Origin: Gammaproteobacteria bacterium | GTDB taxonomy: Bacteria > Cyanobacteriota > Vampirovibrionia > Vampirovibrionales > JAJTHC01 | Direction of reading: 5' to 3' | NCBI GenBank assembly: GCA_040375445.1 | Contig: JBEISK010000001.1 | Location: 49,144 to 113,143, forward strand | Length of the DNA stretch: 64,000 nucleotides | Part shown: piece by piece, positions 10,399 through 20,510 of the stretch | Numbering within the stretch: the stretch's first letter is position 1 | Layout of the letters: the number at the start of each line of letters is the position of its first letter | Notes under the pieces: model-generated | The model's input: the letters and a program-made list of their open reading frames with translations, nothing else | What the model was told of the DNA's origin: nothing | Database searches by the model: none | Made by a program: the position numbers and the translations under genes

Positions 10399-11292
10399 AT
10401 GAAAAAACGTAAAGGCCTTATTCTCGCAGGCGGTTCAGGGACTCGTTTGCACCCCTGTACGCTGGCGGTGTCGAAGCAATTGCTCCCCGTATGGGACAAG
10501 CCGATGATCTACTATCCCCTTTCGATGCTGATGAGTGCAGGCATTCAAGACATTCTACTCATTAGCACGCCTCACGATTTACCCCTCTTCAAACGATTGT
10601 TGGGCGACGGATCGCAATACGGCATCCACCTAGAATACGCTGAACAACCCGAGCCGAAGGGTTTGGCGCAAGCCCTCACCATTGGCGAAGCCTTTTTAGA
10701 TGGGCATCCGTCTGCCATGATTTTGGGTGACAACTTGTTTTATGGGGCGACCTTGCCGACGCAACTTCAGCACATCAACCAACAAAGCAAAGGGGCTACC
10801 GTCTTTGCCACACATGTGGATGATCCGCAACGCTACGGTATCGTGACGCTGGACGCTACAGGAAAAGCCACATCGATTGAAGAAAAGCCCGAGCATCCCA
10901 AGAGTTCATGGGCGGTCACAGGCTTGTACTTCTTTGATGAAGAAGCGCCTGCGTATGCGAAAAGCTTGGCTCCTTCGGCTCGTGGCGAATTTGAAATCAC
11001 CGATGTCAACCGTCTGTACCTAGAAGCAGGCACCCTGAATGTGGAAGTTTTGGGGCGTGGTTCGGCGTGGTTTGACACAGGCACGCACGCGTCGTTATTG
11101 CAGGCGTCTCAATTTGTGCAAGCCATTGAAGATCGTACAGGCATTAAAATCGCCTGCTTAGAAGAAATCGCCTATGAGCAAGGCTTTTTGGATTTGAACG
11201 CTTTAGAAAAGCAGGCGAATGCCTTGGGTAAAAGTGCGTATGGGCTTTATTTACAGCGTTATGCGAAAGAACAGGGATTACTTCACGTTTAA
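10399..11292 (+). CDS. rfbA: glucose-1-phosphate thymidylyltransferase
   Basis: GLILAGGSGTRLHP plus a full-length RmlA-like sequence. Confidence 0.9.
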   Translation: MKKRKGLILAGGSGTRLHPCTLAVSKQLLPVWDKPMIYYPLSMLMSAGIQDILLISTPHDLPLFKRLLGDGSQYGIHLEYAEQPEPKGLAQALTIGEAFLDGHPSAMILGDNLFYGATLPTQLQHINQQSKGATVFATHVDDPQRYGIVTLDATGKATSIEEKPEHPKSSWAVTGLYFFDEEAPAYAKSLAPSARGEFEITDVNRLYLEAGTLNVEVLGRGSAWFDTGTHASLLQASQFVQAIEDRTGIKIACLEEIAYEQGFLDLNALEKQANALGKSAYGLYLQRYAKEQGLLHV

Positions 11293-11347
11293 GGTTTCTA
11301 TTTCATGGTATGATAAAACCGTTATACCCACTAATGATGATAGCTAT

Positions 11348-12358
11348 ATGAGCGAAACGCCCTATTCCTACAATTTCAATGAACTCCTTGCCGATGTGGA
11401 CTCGTGGCAGGGGAATCCGTCACACTTAGCCATCATCGCAGGGGAAGGCACCTTGCCTTTGCAAGCGGTGAAAGATGCCAAGCGTCAAGGCTACAAGGTC
11501 TATGTCTTTGTGATTGGCGGCAATTGGCGAGAAATGGCTCGCTATAAGCCCTTTGCCGATGTCGTGGAAGCCTATCACTTAGGGCAATTGCGACGTATGA
11601 TGAACGTCTTCCGAGGGCATGGGATTAAATATGTGTGCTTTGCTGGAAAAGTCAACAAATGGCTCTTGTTTACGCAACTTAATTTGGACAGCCTTTCCTT
11701 ACGCCTGCTTCAAAAGATGCCTCGTAAAAATGACGATGCCGTCATGCACTACATCATCGAAGGCTTCGCATATTTGGGCATGGAAACCTTGCCTCAAGTG
11801 AAGTTCATGCAAGATCTGTTTCAGCCTGAAGGGATTTTAGCCGAAGGGCATCGCTTGACGGGTGACGATTGGCTAGGGATTTGCTTTGGCTTTGACACCG
11901 CAAAAGCCATGGCGGCTTTAGATGTGGGTCAAACGGTTGTGGTGAACGACACCATGGTCATTGCCATTGAAGCCATTGAAGGCACCGATGAATGCTTGAA
12001 ACGAGCAGGCAAGCTTCAACGCAAGCAAGGGGGCATCGTCGCTAAAGTCGCCAAACCCTTTCAGGACGATCGCTTTGATGTGCCTGCCGTGGGCTTACGT
12101 ACCTTAAAAATCATGCGAGACAACGGCTTAAACATTTTGGTGACCGAAGCAGGATCGACCTTGTTTCTAGACTCATTCGATCGCATGAAAGCCTATGCCG
12201 AATCGAATCATTTGACTTTGCTTTCCGTGACTGAAGCAGGGCTTCAGATGTGGCGAGAACGCTTGGCTCAACGTCAAACCAAGACAAACGCAACCCTTTC
12301 CCCTGCCTCATTAGAAGACGCGACGTGTGAAAAAGGATCGACTTATGTCTACGAATGA
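11348..12358 (+). CDS. lpxI: UDP-2,3-diacylglucosamine hydrolase, LpxI type (DUF1009)
   Basis: N-terminal LAIIAGEGTLPLQ and overall similarity to LpxI. Sits directly upstream of lpxB. Start chosen at ATG 11348 (MSETPYS), while the ORF track extends further 5'. Confidence 0.5.
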   Translation: MSETPYSYNFNELLADVDSWQGNPSHLAIIAGEGTLPLQAVKDAKRQGYKVYVFVIGGNWREMARYKPFADVVEAYHLGQLRRMMNVFRGHGIKYVCFAGKVNKWLLFTQLNLDSLSLRLLQKMPRKNDDAVMHYIIEGFAYLGMETLPQVKFMQDLFQPEGILAEGHRLTGDDWLGICFGFDTAKAMAALDVGQTVVVNDTMVIAIEAIEGTDECLKRAGKLQRKQGGIVAKVAKPFQDDRFDVPAVGLRTLKIMRDNGLNILVTEAGSTLFLDSFDRMKAYAESNHLTLLSVTEAGLQMWRERLAQRQTKTNATLSPASLEDATCEKGSTYVYE

Positions 12359-13538
12359 CTTTGATACCATTGAACATTTGCTGATTTGCACAGGCGATCC
12401 TTCGGCGGCTCATCACGGGGCGGACTTGGTGAAGCAGGTTTTGGCACGCTATCCGCATTTACGCATCACGGCCGTGGGTAATGATGAATTGCAAGAAGCA
12501 GGTGCCACCTTATTGGCTCACCATGACGACATCGGCATGGGAGGCTGGGGTATTGCCGCAGCGTTGGCGGGTATTTGGGGGCATTGGCAGTTGGCTCAAA
12601 AAATCAAACGCTTTGTGGAAGCCGAGCGAGTCGATCGTGTCTTATTCATGGACTATAGCGGTTTTCACTTAAAACTAGCCAAATGGCTTGTGCAATTTTG
12701 TGACTTGCGTTATTACATTCCGCCTCAATTGTGGGCAAGCCGTCCAGAACGCATGAAAAGCATTGAAGCCTTTATCACCAAGGTTTACACGATTTTTCCC
12801 TTTGAAAATGAACTGTATCAAAACGCTGGCATTCCTCATTTGTTTGTGGGGCATCCCTTAACACGTAGCCTGCCTGCACCTGTCAGCAAGCACGAGTTTA
12901 GTGTGCGTCACTATTTTGAAGTCAGCAACCCTATAGTAGGCTTATTCCCTGGTTCTCGAGTGGGAGAAGTCCAACGAATGTTGCCTGTCTTCGCCAAAGC
13001 CTTAGCCAATGTACATAGTGCCTTAGATGATAAGGGCCAAAGCTTGCAAATCGTGATGGCTCAAGCCCCTAATTTGTCGGATGCTTTTATGGAAAAAGCG
13101 GTGAAAAAAGCCTTTAAGCCGTTTCCTCAACTCAAGTTGACGATTTTAAAGGATGCCAATCATGCCATTTTATCAGCCAGTGATGTGGTTTTGGGGGCGT
13201 CTGGCACGACAAGTTTAGAAGCCGCCTTGTACGAAACGCCTATGGTGATTGCTTATAAGGTGGATTGGATTAGTGCCATGGTGGCGAAACAGATCATTAT
13301 GGTGCCGTTTATTGGCTTGCCTAATCTCTTAGTCCCGTTTGAACATGCCCCGATCTTGCCTGAACGCCTGCAGGGCGGATGCACCCCAACCGTACTCGCG
13401 AAAGACGTCTTAGACTTTTTAAATCCACAGTCACCTGCTTCGCTTAAGGCAAAAGAAGGCTTGGCGTATGTGAAGGCCTCCTTAGGGGAAGGGGCATCTT
13501 TAGCCGAGTTTGTGGAAGATCTCGTTTCGCTTGATTAG
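12327..13538 (+). CDS. lpxB: lipid-A-disaccharide synthase
   Basis: YIPPQLWASRPERMK, IFPFENELYQNAGIPHLFVGHPL and LPGSRVGEV regions match LpxB. Confidence 0.8.
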   Translation: MKKDRLMSTNDFDTIEHLLICTGDPSAAHHGADLVKQVLARYPHLRITAVGNDELQEAGATLLAHHDDIGMGGWGIAAALAGIWGHWQLAQKIKRFVEAERVDRVLFMDYSGFHLKLAKWLVQFCDLRYYIPPQLWASRPERMKSIEAFITKVYTIFPFENELYQNAGIPHLFVGHPLTRSLPAPVSKHEFSVRHYFEVSNPIVGLFPGSRVGEVQRMLPVFAKALANVHSALDDKGQSLQIVMAQAPNLSDAFMEKAVKKAFKPFPQLKLTILKDANHAILSASDVVLGASGTTSLEAALYETPMVIAYKVDWISAMVAKQIIMVPFIGLPNLLVPFEHAPILPERLQGGCTPTVLAKDVLDFLNPQSPASLKAKEGLAYVKASLGEGASLAEFVEDLVSLD

Positions 13539-13618
13539 TAGATCTGGCTAAACAGCTAACTTTCTGATACCATTGAAACGATTAATATGATATAAGTTCG
13601 AGCCATAAGGATGCCCCC

Positions 13619-14254
13619 ATGCAAGATGCCCCCTTGCCTTTGTCTGAAAAAGCCCAACAACACGTCGATTCCCTTAAAACGCATCCAGCCTTGACGCGCT
13701 TGGTGTTTACAGGCTTTATGGGTTGCGGGAAATCCACTTTGGGTCGAAAGTTGGCGTCTGTACTCGGCTTTCGCTTTGTGGATACGGATAATGCCATCGA
13801 ACATTTTCATCACAAAAAGATCGCTCGCATCTTTCAAGAAGACGGCGAAGCCACTTTTCGCCAGTACGAAAGCGACTGCTTAGCGCATTGCTTGAACCAA
13901 GAACAGACGGTCATCGCCACAGGTGGGGGTGCCCTCGTCCGCCAAGACAATTTGGATCTGGCGTTGGACAATGCCATTGTGATCTACATTGAAGTCGATG
14001 AAAGCGATTTGCTGGATCGTGTCATGTTTTCCCCCAAAGAACGCCCGTTGATTAACGTGAAAGACCCTGATGCGGTGGTCAAGCGTCTGTATGCGGAACG
14101 CACCCCCTTTTATGAGCAGGCTCAAGTGCATGTACAAACAGGGGGCTTGAAGCCACAAGACGCCTTAGATGCCGTCATTGAAGGGCTTTACAATTATGTC
14201 ACTTACTTTTTACCAAGCGTTTCAAAAAACGTCAGCTCGGCGGAGCCTGTCTAA
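13619..14254 (+). CDS. aroK: shikimate kinase
   Basis: P-loop GFMGCGKSTLGRKLASVLGFRFVDTD and downstream shikimate-kinase core. Confidence 0.8.
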   Translation: MQDAPLPLSEKAQQHVDSLKTHPALTRLVFTGFMGCGKSTLGRKLASVLGFRFVDTDNAIEHFHHKKIARIFQEDGEATFRQYESDCLAHCLNQEQTVIATGGGALVRQDNLDLALDNAIVIYIEVDESDLLDRVMFSPKERPLINVKDPDAVVKRLYAERTPFYEQAQVHVQTGGLKPQDALDAVIEGLYNYVTYFLPSVSKNVSSAEPV

Positions 14255-15457
14255 ATGAATACCCCCCACACCGAAGAAGCTCATTTAACACTCAAGCTAA
14301 CAGGCACTCCTCACGCTTATGAGATTCTCATTCAAGCAGGAGGATTGGTGTTATTGGGGCAAGATCTGCAAAAGGCAGGCATCAGCACTGCACAAAAAAT
14401 CATGATTGTGTATGATAAGGGCTTGCCAAGCACCTATTTAGAACAGGTTCGTCACGCCTTAGAAAAAGAAGGCTTTAGTGTACTGGACGTGCCTGTGCCG
14501 CAAGGGGAAGTCGCCAAAGATTTAAAAGTCCTTGAAGGGCTTTACGCACATGCCATGCAAGCAGGCATGACCCGCAAAGATGTCTTTCTCGCCTTAGGCG
14601 GAGGCGTCGTCGGTGATTTGACCGGCTTTCTCGCTTCTAGCTACTACCGAGGCACTCGCTTTGTGCAAGTCCCCACGACGCTTCTTTCGCAAGTGGATTC
14701 ATCGGTCGGAGGCAAAGTCGCCGTCAATTTTGGCGACGTGAAAAATAGCATCGGTGCCTTTAAGCAACCCGATTTGGTGAGCATCGACACCAACACCTTA
14801 AAGACGCTCCCCCCTCGAGAAATCCAAGCAGGGCTAGCGGAACTCTTTAAATACGCCTTGATTGAAGCAACCGCCTTGGATGCCCCCATCGATGAGAACG
14901 ACTCTTTATTGGCTGATTTTGAACGCTTGGGAGCGGATTGGCGTTTAGAAGAAAACGACTTCATCCGCAAAGCCTGTGCGATTAAGGCGGCAGTGGTCAT
15001 GCGAGACGAAACGGAATCCTTCCCTGCAAACGACGCTCGTGGACGGGTTTGCCTGAACTTGGGGCATACCTTTGCCCATGCCTATGAAGCGTATTATGGC
15101 TACGGCATGCTCCTGCATGGGGAAGCAGTCGCCATTGGCATGCTTTGTGCGATTTTCACCAATGACACAGCTTTAGGCGACGCTTACGTCAAACGCATCA
15201 TCGATTTAATGGAAAGCTTGCAACTCTTTCCGTATGACACGCTCAAACGTCTTGCTGGATTGCCATCGGCTGAAGATTTACTCCCCTTTATGGCGAAAGA
15301 CAAAAAAGTCATCACATCGGGTCAATTACGAGTCGTCTTGCCTATTTTGCCTTTAGGAACGGTTACGGTGGGAAGCTTGCCTGCTCACGATGCCGTCGTG
15401 GGAATTGAGAAGGCTCACGCCTATTTGATGTGTCATTTAGGAAATGTAACGGCATGA
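14255..15457 (+). CDS. aroB: 3-dehydroquinate synthase
   Basis: GGGVVGDLTGF, VPTTLLSQVDSSVGGK, NLGHTFAHA. Start adjacent to the aroK stop. Confidence 0.85.
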   Translation: MNTPHTEEAHLTLKLTGTPHAYEILIQAGGLVLLGQDLQKAGISTAQKIMIVYDKGLPSTYLEQVRHALEKEGFSVLDVPVPQGEVAKDLKVLEGLYAHAMQAGMTRKDVFLALGGGVVGDLTGFLASSYYRGTRFVQVPTTLLSQVDSSVGGKVAVNFGDVKNSIGAFKQPDLVSIDTNTLKTLPPREIQAGLAELFKYALIEATALDAPIDENDSLLADFERLGADWRLEENDFIRKACAIKAAVVMRDETESFPANDARGRVCLNLGHTFAHAYEAYYGYGMLLHGEAVAIGMLCAIFTNDTALGDAYVKRIIDLMESLQLFPYDTLKRLAGLPSAEDLLPFMAKDKKVITSGQLRVVLPILPLGTVTVGSLPAHDAVVGIEKAHAYLMCHLGNVTA

Positions 15458-16362
15458 GTTTCATCAAGCACGTCCAAAGTAAACTCACCCATTATGCGAA
15501 TTTGGTGCGTTTAGAGCATACGATTTTTGCATTGCCTTTTTCGATGACCGCTTTGTTGCTGGCGAATCTTCCCACATGCTTTCCTTCGCTGAACACGCTT
15601 TTATGGGTAATCTTGGCGATGGTCGGCGGTCGCACCTATGCCATGGGCTTGAACCGTCTTGCCGATGCTCACCTAGATGCCCTCAACCCTCGCACCGCTT
15701 CACGAGAAATCCCCGCTGGGCTGGTTTCCAAAACAGAAGCATGGGGACTCACAATGGGGGCGTTAGCTTTGATGATTTTCGCCGTATGGCAATTGCCTTT
15801 GCTCTGTAAGCAATTGTTGCCTATCGCTGTTTTGATATTGACACTATATTCGTACACCAAACGCTTTACATCCTTATGCCACTTGGTTTTGGGACTTGCC
15901 CTTGGCTCTTCAGCCATTGGCGGATGGCTCGCTCAAACAGGGGCATGGCAAGGCGGTTTACCGATTTTATTTGGGGCTTCGGTGGCGTTGTGGGTCATGG
16001 GTTTTGATGTCATTTATGCCTGCCAAGACACGGACTTTGATCGTTCGCAAGGCTTGTTTAGCCTGCCTGCTCAAGTGGGCATCGAAACCGCCTTAACCCT
16101 TAGCCGTTGGATGCACGTAGGATCTATGATTTTTTTGTTGGTTTTTGCGTGGCAATACAGTCATTCGGCGTATGGTTTTGTGGGCTGGGGTTTTTGTTTC
16201 GCCACGGTGCTGATGGGCATACTGCTTATCCGTGAGCATCGCTTGGTAAAAGCCGATGACTTAAGTCGTGTGAATCAAGCCTTTTTTACCTTGAACGGTC
16301 AAATTAGCCTAGGCTTTTTTGCTTTCGTTTTGCTGGATCGTGTGCTACACTTCTTCTTATAA
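15454..16362 (+). CDS. UbiA-family aromatic prenyltransferase (quinone biosynthesis)
   Basis: NRLADAHLDALNP (NDxxDxxxD-like) and multiple TM helices. ATG overlaps the aroB stop (ATGA). Confidence 0.75.
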   Translation: MSFIKHVQSKLTHYANLVRLEHTIFALPFSMTALLLANLPTCFPSLNTLLWVILAMVGGRTYAMGLNRLADAHLDALNPRTASREIPAGLVSKTEAWGLTMGALALMIFAVWQLPLLCKQLLPIAVLILTLYSYTKRFTSLCHLVLGLALGSSAIGGWLAQTGAWQGGLPILFGASVALWVMGFDVIYACQDTDFDRSQGLFSLPAQVGIETALTLSRWMHVGSMIFLLVFAWQYSHSAYGFVGWGFCFATVLMGILLIREHRLVKADDLSRVNQAFFTLNGQISLGFFAFVLLDRVLHFFL

Positions 16363-16388
16363 GCGAAAGTTTATAGTTTGGAAGTCCC

Positions 16389-17219
16389 ATGAATTCACCG
16401 TCTGATGCTGTTGAAACACCCGAAGAAAATGTCGTCTTGTTTCCCCAAACACGACGCTTCTTGGCTTGGTGCTTAGAACCCCTTCGTAGTATCCTTGAAA
16501 CCGTGGGCTTTGCCACCATCGACGGCAAGCGGATGCTTCACTTCATGGGCGTTGGGCATTGGGGCATGCGTCACATCTTCGATCGCCTCGCCTTTGTGGG
16601 ACTCGACACCATGCCCATGGCGTTATTGCTCACTGGCACGCTGGGTTCGGTGCTTTCTATGCAGGTGGCACCTGATATGGCAGAGCAAGGCGGTTCCGCC
16701 TTTGTAGGGGGACTCGTGGCGGTGGCGATGGTGCGTGAACTCGGCCCTGTTATGACAGGCTTTGCGGTGATTGCCATGGCAGGCTCTGCCTTCGCCGCTG
16801 AAATTACCGTGATGAAAAGCAATAACCAGCTCGATGCCTTGAAAGTCTTACATGTGGATGTCGTGCGTTACCTGATGATTCCTCGTGTACTCGCCACCAT
16901 GATCGCCCTACCGTTTTTAACGCTCATTGGCACGACGCTTGGCATTCTAGGGGGGATGTATACCGCTCATATGATTGCAGGCATTCCTTTTACGGCGTAT
17001 TTGGATTCCGTGCGTACCTTTATTGAAATGCGAGACATTGGCGTGATGTTTATTAAGTCGCTGGTGTTTGCAGGCATGATTGGTTTATTGTGTTGTAGCG
17101 TGGGCTTCACCTCAAGCCGTTCGAGCAATGAATCCGCCAAATCGGTGACTAAAGCCGTCGTGTGGAGCTTTATCACCATGGCGTTGTTGGATTATCTCAT
17201 CACAACACTATTCTATTAG
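16389..17219 (+). CDS. MlaE/Ttg2B-family ABC transporter permease
   Basis: 276 aa with an MlaE-like permease sequence (...LGPVMTGFAVIAMAGSAFAAEITVMKSNNQLDALKVL...). Confidence 0.75.
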   Translation: MNSPSDAVETPEENVVLFPQTRRFLAWCLEPLRSILETVGFATIDGKRMLHFMGVGHWGMRHIFDRLAFVGLDTMPMALLLTGTLGSVLSMQVAPDMAEQGGSAFVGGLVAVAMVRELGPVMTGFAVIAMAGSAFAAEITVMKSNNQLDALKVLHVDVVRYLMIPRVLATMIALPFLTLIGTTLGILGGMYTAHMIAGIPFTAYLDSVRTFIEMRDIGVMFIKSLVFAGMIGLLCCSVGFTSSRSSNESAKSVTKAVVWSFITMALLDYLITTLFY

Positions 17220-17259
17220 AAATGATCTGTAACAATTTACGAAAAGCCTCTTCACACCC

Positions 17260-18456
17260 TTGTTTTTAAGGTATAATAAGCCTGTCGACTCGATGCAATC
17301 CAAACACTCAAAAGGACAACCCCCTCCCATGATGGCAAAAAATAGCACCCCTGTTGAAGCCGCCGTTGATTTAAGCGGTGCCGATTACGAAGCACGCAAG
17401 CAAGCCTTGGCGTTTACCTTAGACAAAATCGAAAAAGATTTCGGTAAAGGCTCTATTATGCGATTGGGCGAGCGTCCCAATGTAAACATTGACGTCATCC
17501 CCACAGGAGCCTTGTCGCTAGACTTGGCACTTGGGGTGGGCGGTATCCCCCGTGGACGCATCGTGGAAATCTACGGGCCTGAATCCAGCGGAAAAACCAC
17601 ATTGACCTTGAACTTAATCGCTCAAGCCCAAAAAAAAGGAGGCATTGCCGCCTTTGTGGATGCTGAGCATGCCTTAGATCCCGTTTACGCTAGAAAATTA
17701 GGCGTGAACATCGATGAATTGCTTATTTCTCAACCCGATACAGGCGAGCAAGCCCTTGAAATCACGGAACAATTGGTGCGCTCAGGTGCGATTGATGTGG
17801 TCGTTGTCGATTCGGTGGCGGCACTTGTGCCGAAAGCGGAAATTGAAGGCGATATGGGCGATGCTCACATGGGTTTACAAGCCCGCTTGATGTCTCAAGC
17901 CTTGCGTAAATTGACCGCCGTTGTCGGCAAAACACGCACCACGGTTATATTCATTAACCAGTTGCGACAAAAAATTGGCGTTTACATGGGTAATCCTGAA
18001 ACGACTACAGGCGGCAACGCCTTGAAGTTTTACTGTTCCTTGCGTATGGATATTCGTCGCATTGAAATCTTGAAAAAAGACGGCGTCGAATACGGCAACC
18101 GTGTGAAATGTAAGATCGTCAAAAACAAGGTGGCTCCTCCGTTTCGTATCGCTGAATTTGATATTTTGTACGGCAAAGGCATTAGCGTGGAAGGTTCTGT
18201 CATTGATGTCGCCACAGAAATGGGCATCGTCAAAAAGTCAGGGACTTGGTTCAGTTACGGCGAAACCCGTTTAGGGCAAGGTCGTGAAAAGGCTCGGGAT
18301 TTCATTATTGAAAACCCTGACATGATGGCAGAAATTGATCAAAAGGTGCGTGAGCGTATTCAAGCGGATCGCAACGCCCTAGATGCCAGTGATGTCATCG
18401 GTGGATCGGCAAAAGATACTGAAATTCCTGAAGCTGATTTGTTGCCATTAGGCTAG
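17260..18456 (+). CDS. recA: recombinase RecA
   Basis: [42 protein letters not shown]. The true start may be an internal Met (MMAKNST...). Confidence 0.95.
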   Translation: MFLRYNKPVDSMQSKHSKGQPPPMMAKNSTPVEAAVDLSGADYEARKQALAFTLDKIEKDFGKGSIMRLGERPNVNIDVIPTGALSLDLALGVGGIPRGRIVEIYGPESSGKTTLTLNLIAQAQKKGGIAAFVDAEHALDPVYARKLGVNIDELLISQPDTGEQALEITEQLVRSGAIDVVVVDSVAALVPKAEIEGDMGDAHMGLQARLMSQALRKLTAVVGKTRTTVIFINQLRQKIGVYMGNPETTTGGNALKFYCSLRMDIRRIEILKKDGVEYGNRVKCKIVKNKVAPPFRIAEFDILYGKGISVEGSVIDVATEMGIVKKSGTWFSYGETRLGQGREKARDFIIENPDMMAEIDQKVRERIQADRNALDASDVIGGSAKDTEIPEADLLPLG

Positions 18457-18460
18457 CTTT

Positions 18461-18823
18461 ATGGATGCTTCTGCTTCACAAGCGATTGTAGAAAATCTAC
18501 AACGCCTCTTTTCCAATGAAGCGGAAGATCTGTATACACGTCTTAATCAAGCCCGAAACTGGTTCAATGCCGCTGTTTCGGGCTTTGAGATTTATTTAGA
18601 AGATGAGTGGGACGTTTACGAAGAAGGTCAAACCTGGTTTGATTATAATTTGCGAAGCCTTCAAAGCAAAGATGAGTTGCCTCCTTTGGCAAGCGACGTC
18701 TATTTGAATCATCGAGACCCTAACGGCGTTTGGCATTTAGGAGATTATCAGTCGTCTCACGTACGCTTAAATGATTGGGGGCGCATCCAGCATTTTTTAG
18801 AAACGCATTGTGACCCTCTCTAA
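18461..18823 (+). CDS. hypothetical acidic, Trp-rich 120-aa protein translationally coupled to recA
   Basis: ATG lies 4 nt after the recA stop. Many D/E and 5 Trp. No similarity to RecX or DinI recognised. Confidence 0.5.
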   Translation: MDASASQAIVENLQRLFSNEAEDLYTRLNQARNWFNAAVSGFEIYLEDEWDVYEEGQTWFDYNLRSLQSKDELPPLASDVYLNHRDPNGVWHLGDYQSSHVRLNDWGRIQHFLETHCDPL

Positions 18824-18880
18824 TAGAGTGTCCTTGCCTTTTCACCCCAGCTTGTCTACAATAGAGTATAGCCATTTTTA

Positions 18881-18990
18881 GAGTTTTCTGTACCGTTGGC
18901 TAGACGAGGAGCCTAGATTATTTTGTGAGGGCGTGTAGATTGACCTACATAACAGAACAAAAAAATCGTAGCGACAAAGTATAGACCCTG
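18881..18990. repeat. dispersed intergenic repeat (REP/MITE-like family, copy A)
   Basis: gaggagcctagattattttgtgagggcgtgtagattgacctacataacagaacaaaaaaatcgtagcgacaaag is about 85% identical to 49937-50020. Confidence 0.6.
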
Positions 18991-19041
18991 TACAGGAAAT
19001 TATAAATATGGCTATAACGTCGTTATAAGGATGCCCCCCCT

Positions 19042-20337
19042 ATGTCTTACCTCATTATGTTGTTTCTCATCAGCCTCTTGGTCATCCTGCACGAAGTCGG
19101 GCATATGGTCGTGGCACAACGATGCGGCGTCAAAGTCGAACGCTTTGGCTTAGGACTTCCCTTTGGTCCCACCTTATTTGAAAAAGAATGGAAGGGCATC
19201 AAGTGGTGCTTGCATATTCTACCCCTAGGCGGATACGTTAGCTTCCCTGACGACAATGAAGACAGTGATGTTCCCCCCGACTCGCCCCAGCGTTTTGAAA
19301 ATCAGCCCTTGCTCAATCAAGCCGCCATTGCTATGGCAGGCATTACGGTTAATGCTGTGATTGCGGTTGTGTTGATGTTTGCCGTACTCGGCGTATGGGG
19401 AGCCATTCAATCACAGTTACAAATTACAGGTTTTGCCCCTGTTTTAACCGAAAAAGAAGCGGTAAAGACCCCTAGCACATTGGGACGCTTAGCCTTTTAC
19501 GATCACGGCAAACGCCTTTACCTAGACGCCACAACCCCGATTGAAACCGCCGTTTTATTTCGAGGCTTCCTCGCTCACAATATCGATCAACAACTTGATG
19601 TCGCCCCTGTCAGCAACCCTAAACGTGTCTTATTCACCTATGAAACCTCGCCTGCTCAAGCCGTGGGTTTACAAATCGGGGATGTTTTACTTGAGGCGAG
19701 TTCTTCAAAAGGGAATCAATCCAGCTTAGAAGGCTTTTATAGTGAGCCGACCCAAGCCTTGCCCGCCTTTTTAGCACAGTCGCAAACAGGCGATGCCCTC
19801 ACCTTTCACGTCGCTGAAGGAGATTTGACAGACACGCCCAAACTGGCGAAAACGGCGACTCGTCAAGTCACGTTTCCCTTAAGTGATTCTCGTAAACTAG
19901 GCATTTATCTAGGCATGGTGCAAGAAAAGGTGCCTGTGGGACTAGGGACGAATCTGCGATTAACAGCGTCTGTTTTAACGAATATGGTGGTACAGAACTT
20001 TGTCGGACTGGGCAAGCTTTTCACGGGTCAAATTTCGCCTGATATGCTCGACGGGCCAGTGGGCGTCGTTCGCTTTGGTGGGGAACTCATTGAAAAAACG
20101 GGGATTCAAAGTGGTTTGTGGCTCACGGCGGTGATTTCAATCATTTTAGCGGTGATGAACCTCTTGCCGTTTCCTCCCTTAGATGGCAGTTACTTGGTGT
20201 ATATTGGCTATGAAGCACTGTTCAAGCGTTCGTTTCCGCCGACCTTCCGCCATTGGATGAACCTCTCAGGCTTTATCGTCCTCATGGGTATGATGATATT
20301 TGTCTTAGGCAATGATATTCTAAAGCTTTTTAGATAA
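19042..20337 (+). CDS. rseP: RIP metalloprotease RseP (site-2 protease)
   Basis: HEVGHMVVA (HExxH), NLLPFPPLDGS (LDG motif) and a central PDZ-like region. Confidence 0.85.
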   Translation: MSYLIMLFLISLLVILHEVGHMVVAQRCGVKVERFGLGLPFGPTLFEKEWKGIKWCLHILPLGGYVSFPDDNEDSDVPPDSPQRFENQPLLNQAAIAMAGITVNAVIAVVLMFAVLGVWGAIQSQLQITGFAPVLTEKEAVKTPSTLGRLAFYDHGKRLYLDATTPIETAVLFRGFLAHNIDQQLDVAPVSNPKRVLFTYETSPAQAVGLQIGDVLLEASSSKGNQSSLEGFYSEPTQALPAFLAQSQTGDALTFHVAEGDLTDTPKLAKTATRQVTFPLSDSRKLGIYLGMVQEKVPVGLGTNLRLTASVLTNMVVQNFVGLGKLFTGQISPDMLDGPVGVVRFGGELIEKTGIQSGLWLTAVISIILAVMNLLPFPPLDGSYLVYIGYEALFKRSFPPTFRHWMNLSGFIVLMGMMIFVLGNDILKLFR

Positions 20338-20349
20338 CATAGTATTTTA

Positions 20350-20460
20350 AAAAATCAACCATACAGTGTCTCTTCGTTGTCGCTACGATTCTCGATGTGC
20401 TTATGTACGTCTTTGTACACTTCACACATCTGCGAGTCTAGGCTCCTAGAATAGCCTACT
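20350..20460. repeat. dispersed intergenic repeat (same family, copy C, inverted orientation)
   Basis: Reverse complement carries ctaggagcctag... and ...atcgtagcgacaacgaagaga as its ends, matching copies A and B. The core TGTACGTCTTTGTACA palindrome is shared with 53941-53960. Confidence 0.6.
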
Positions 20461-20510
20461 GTCTGCTTAATTTTTTAAAACACTATACCTAAACGGTATT
20501 TGAGTTTCGA

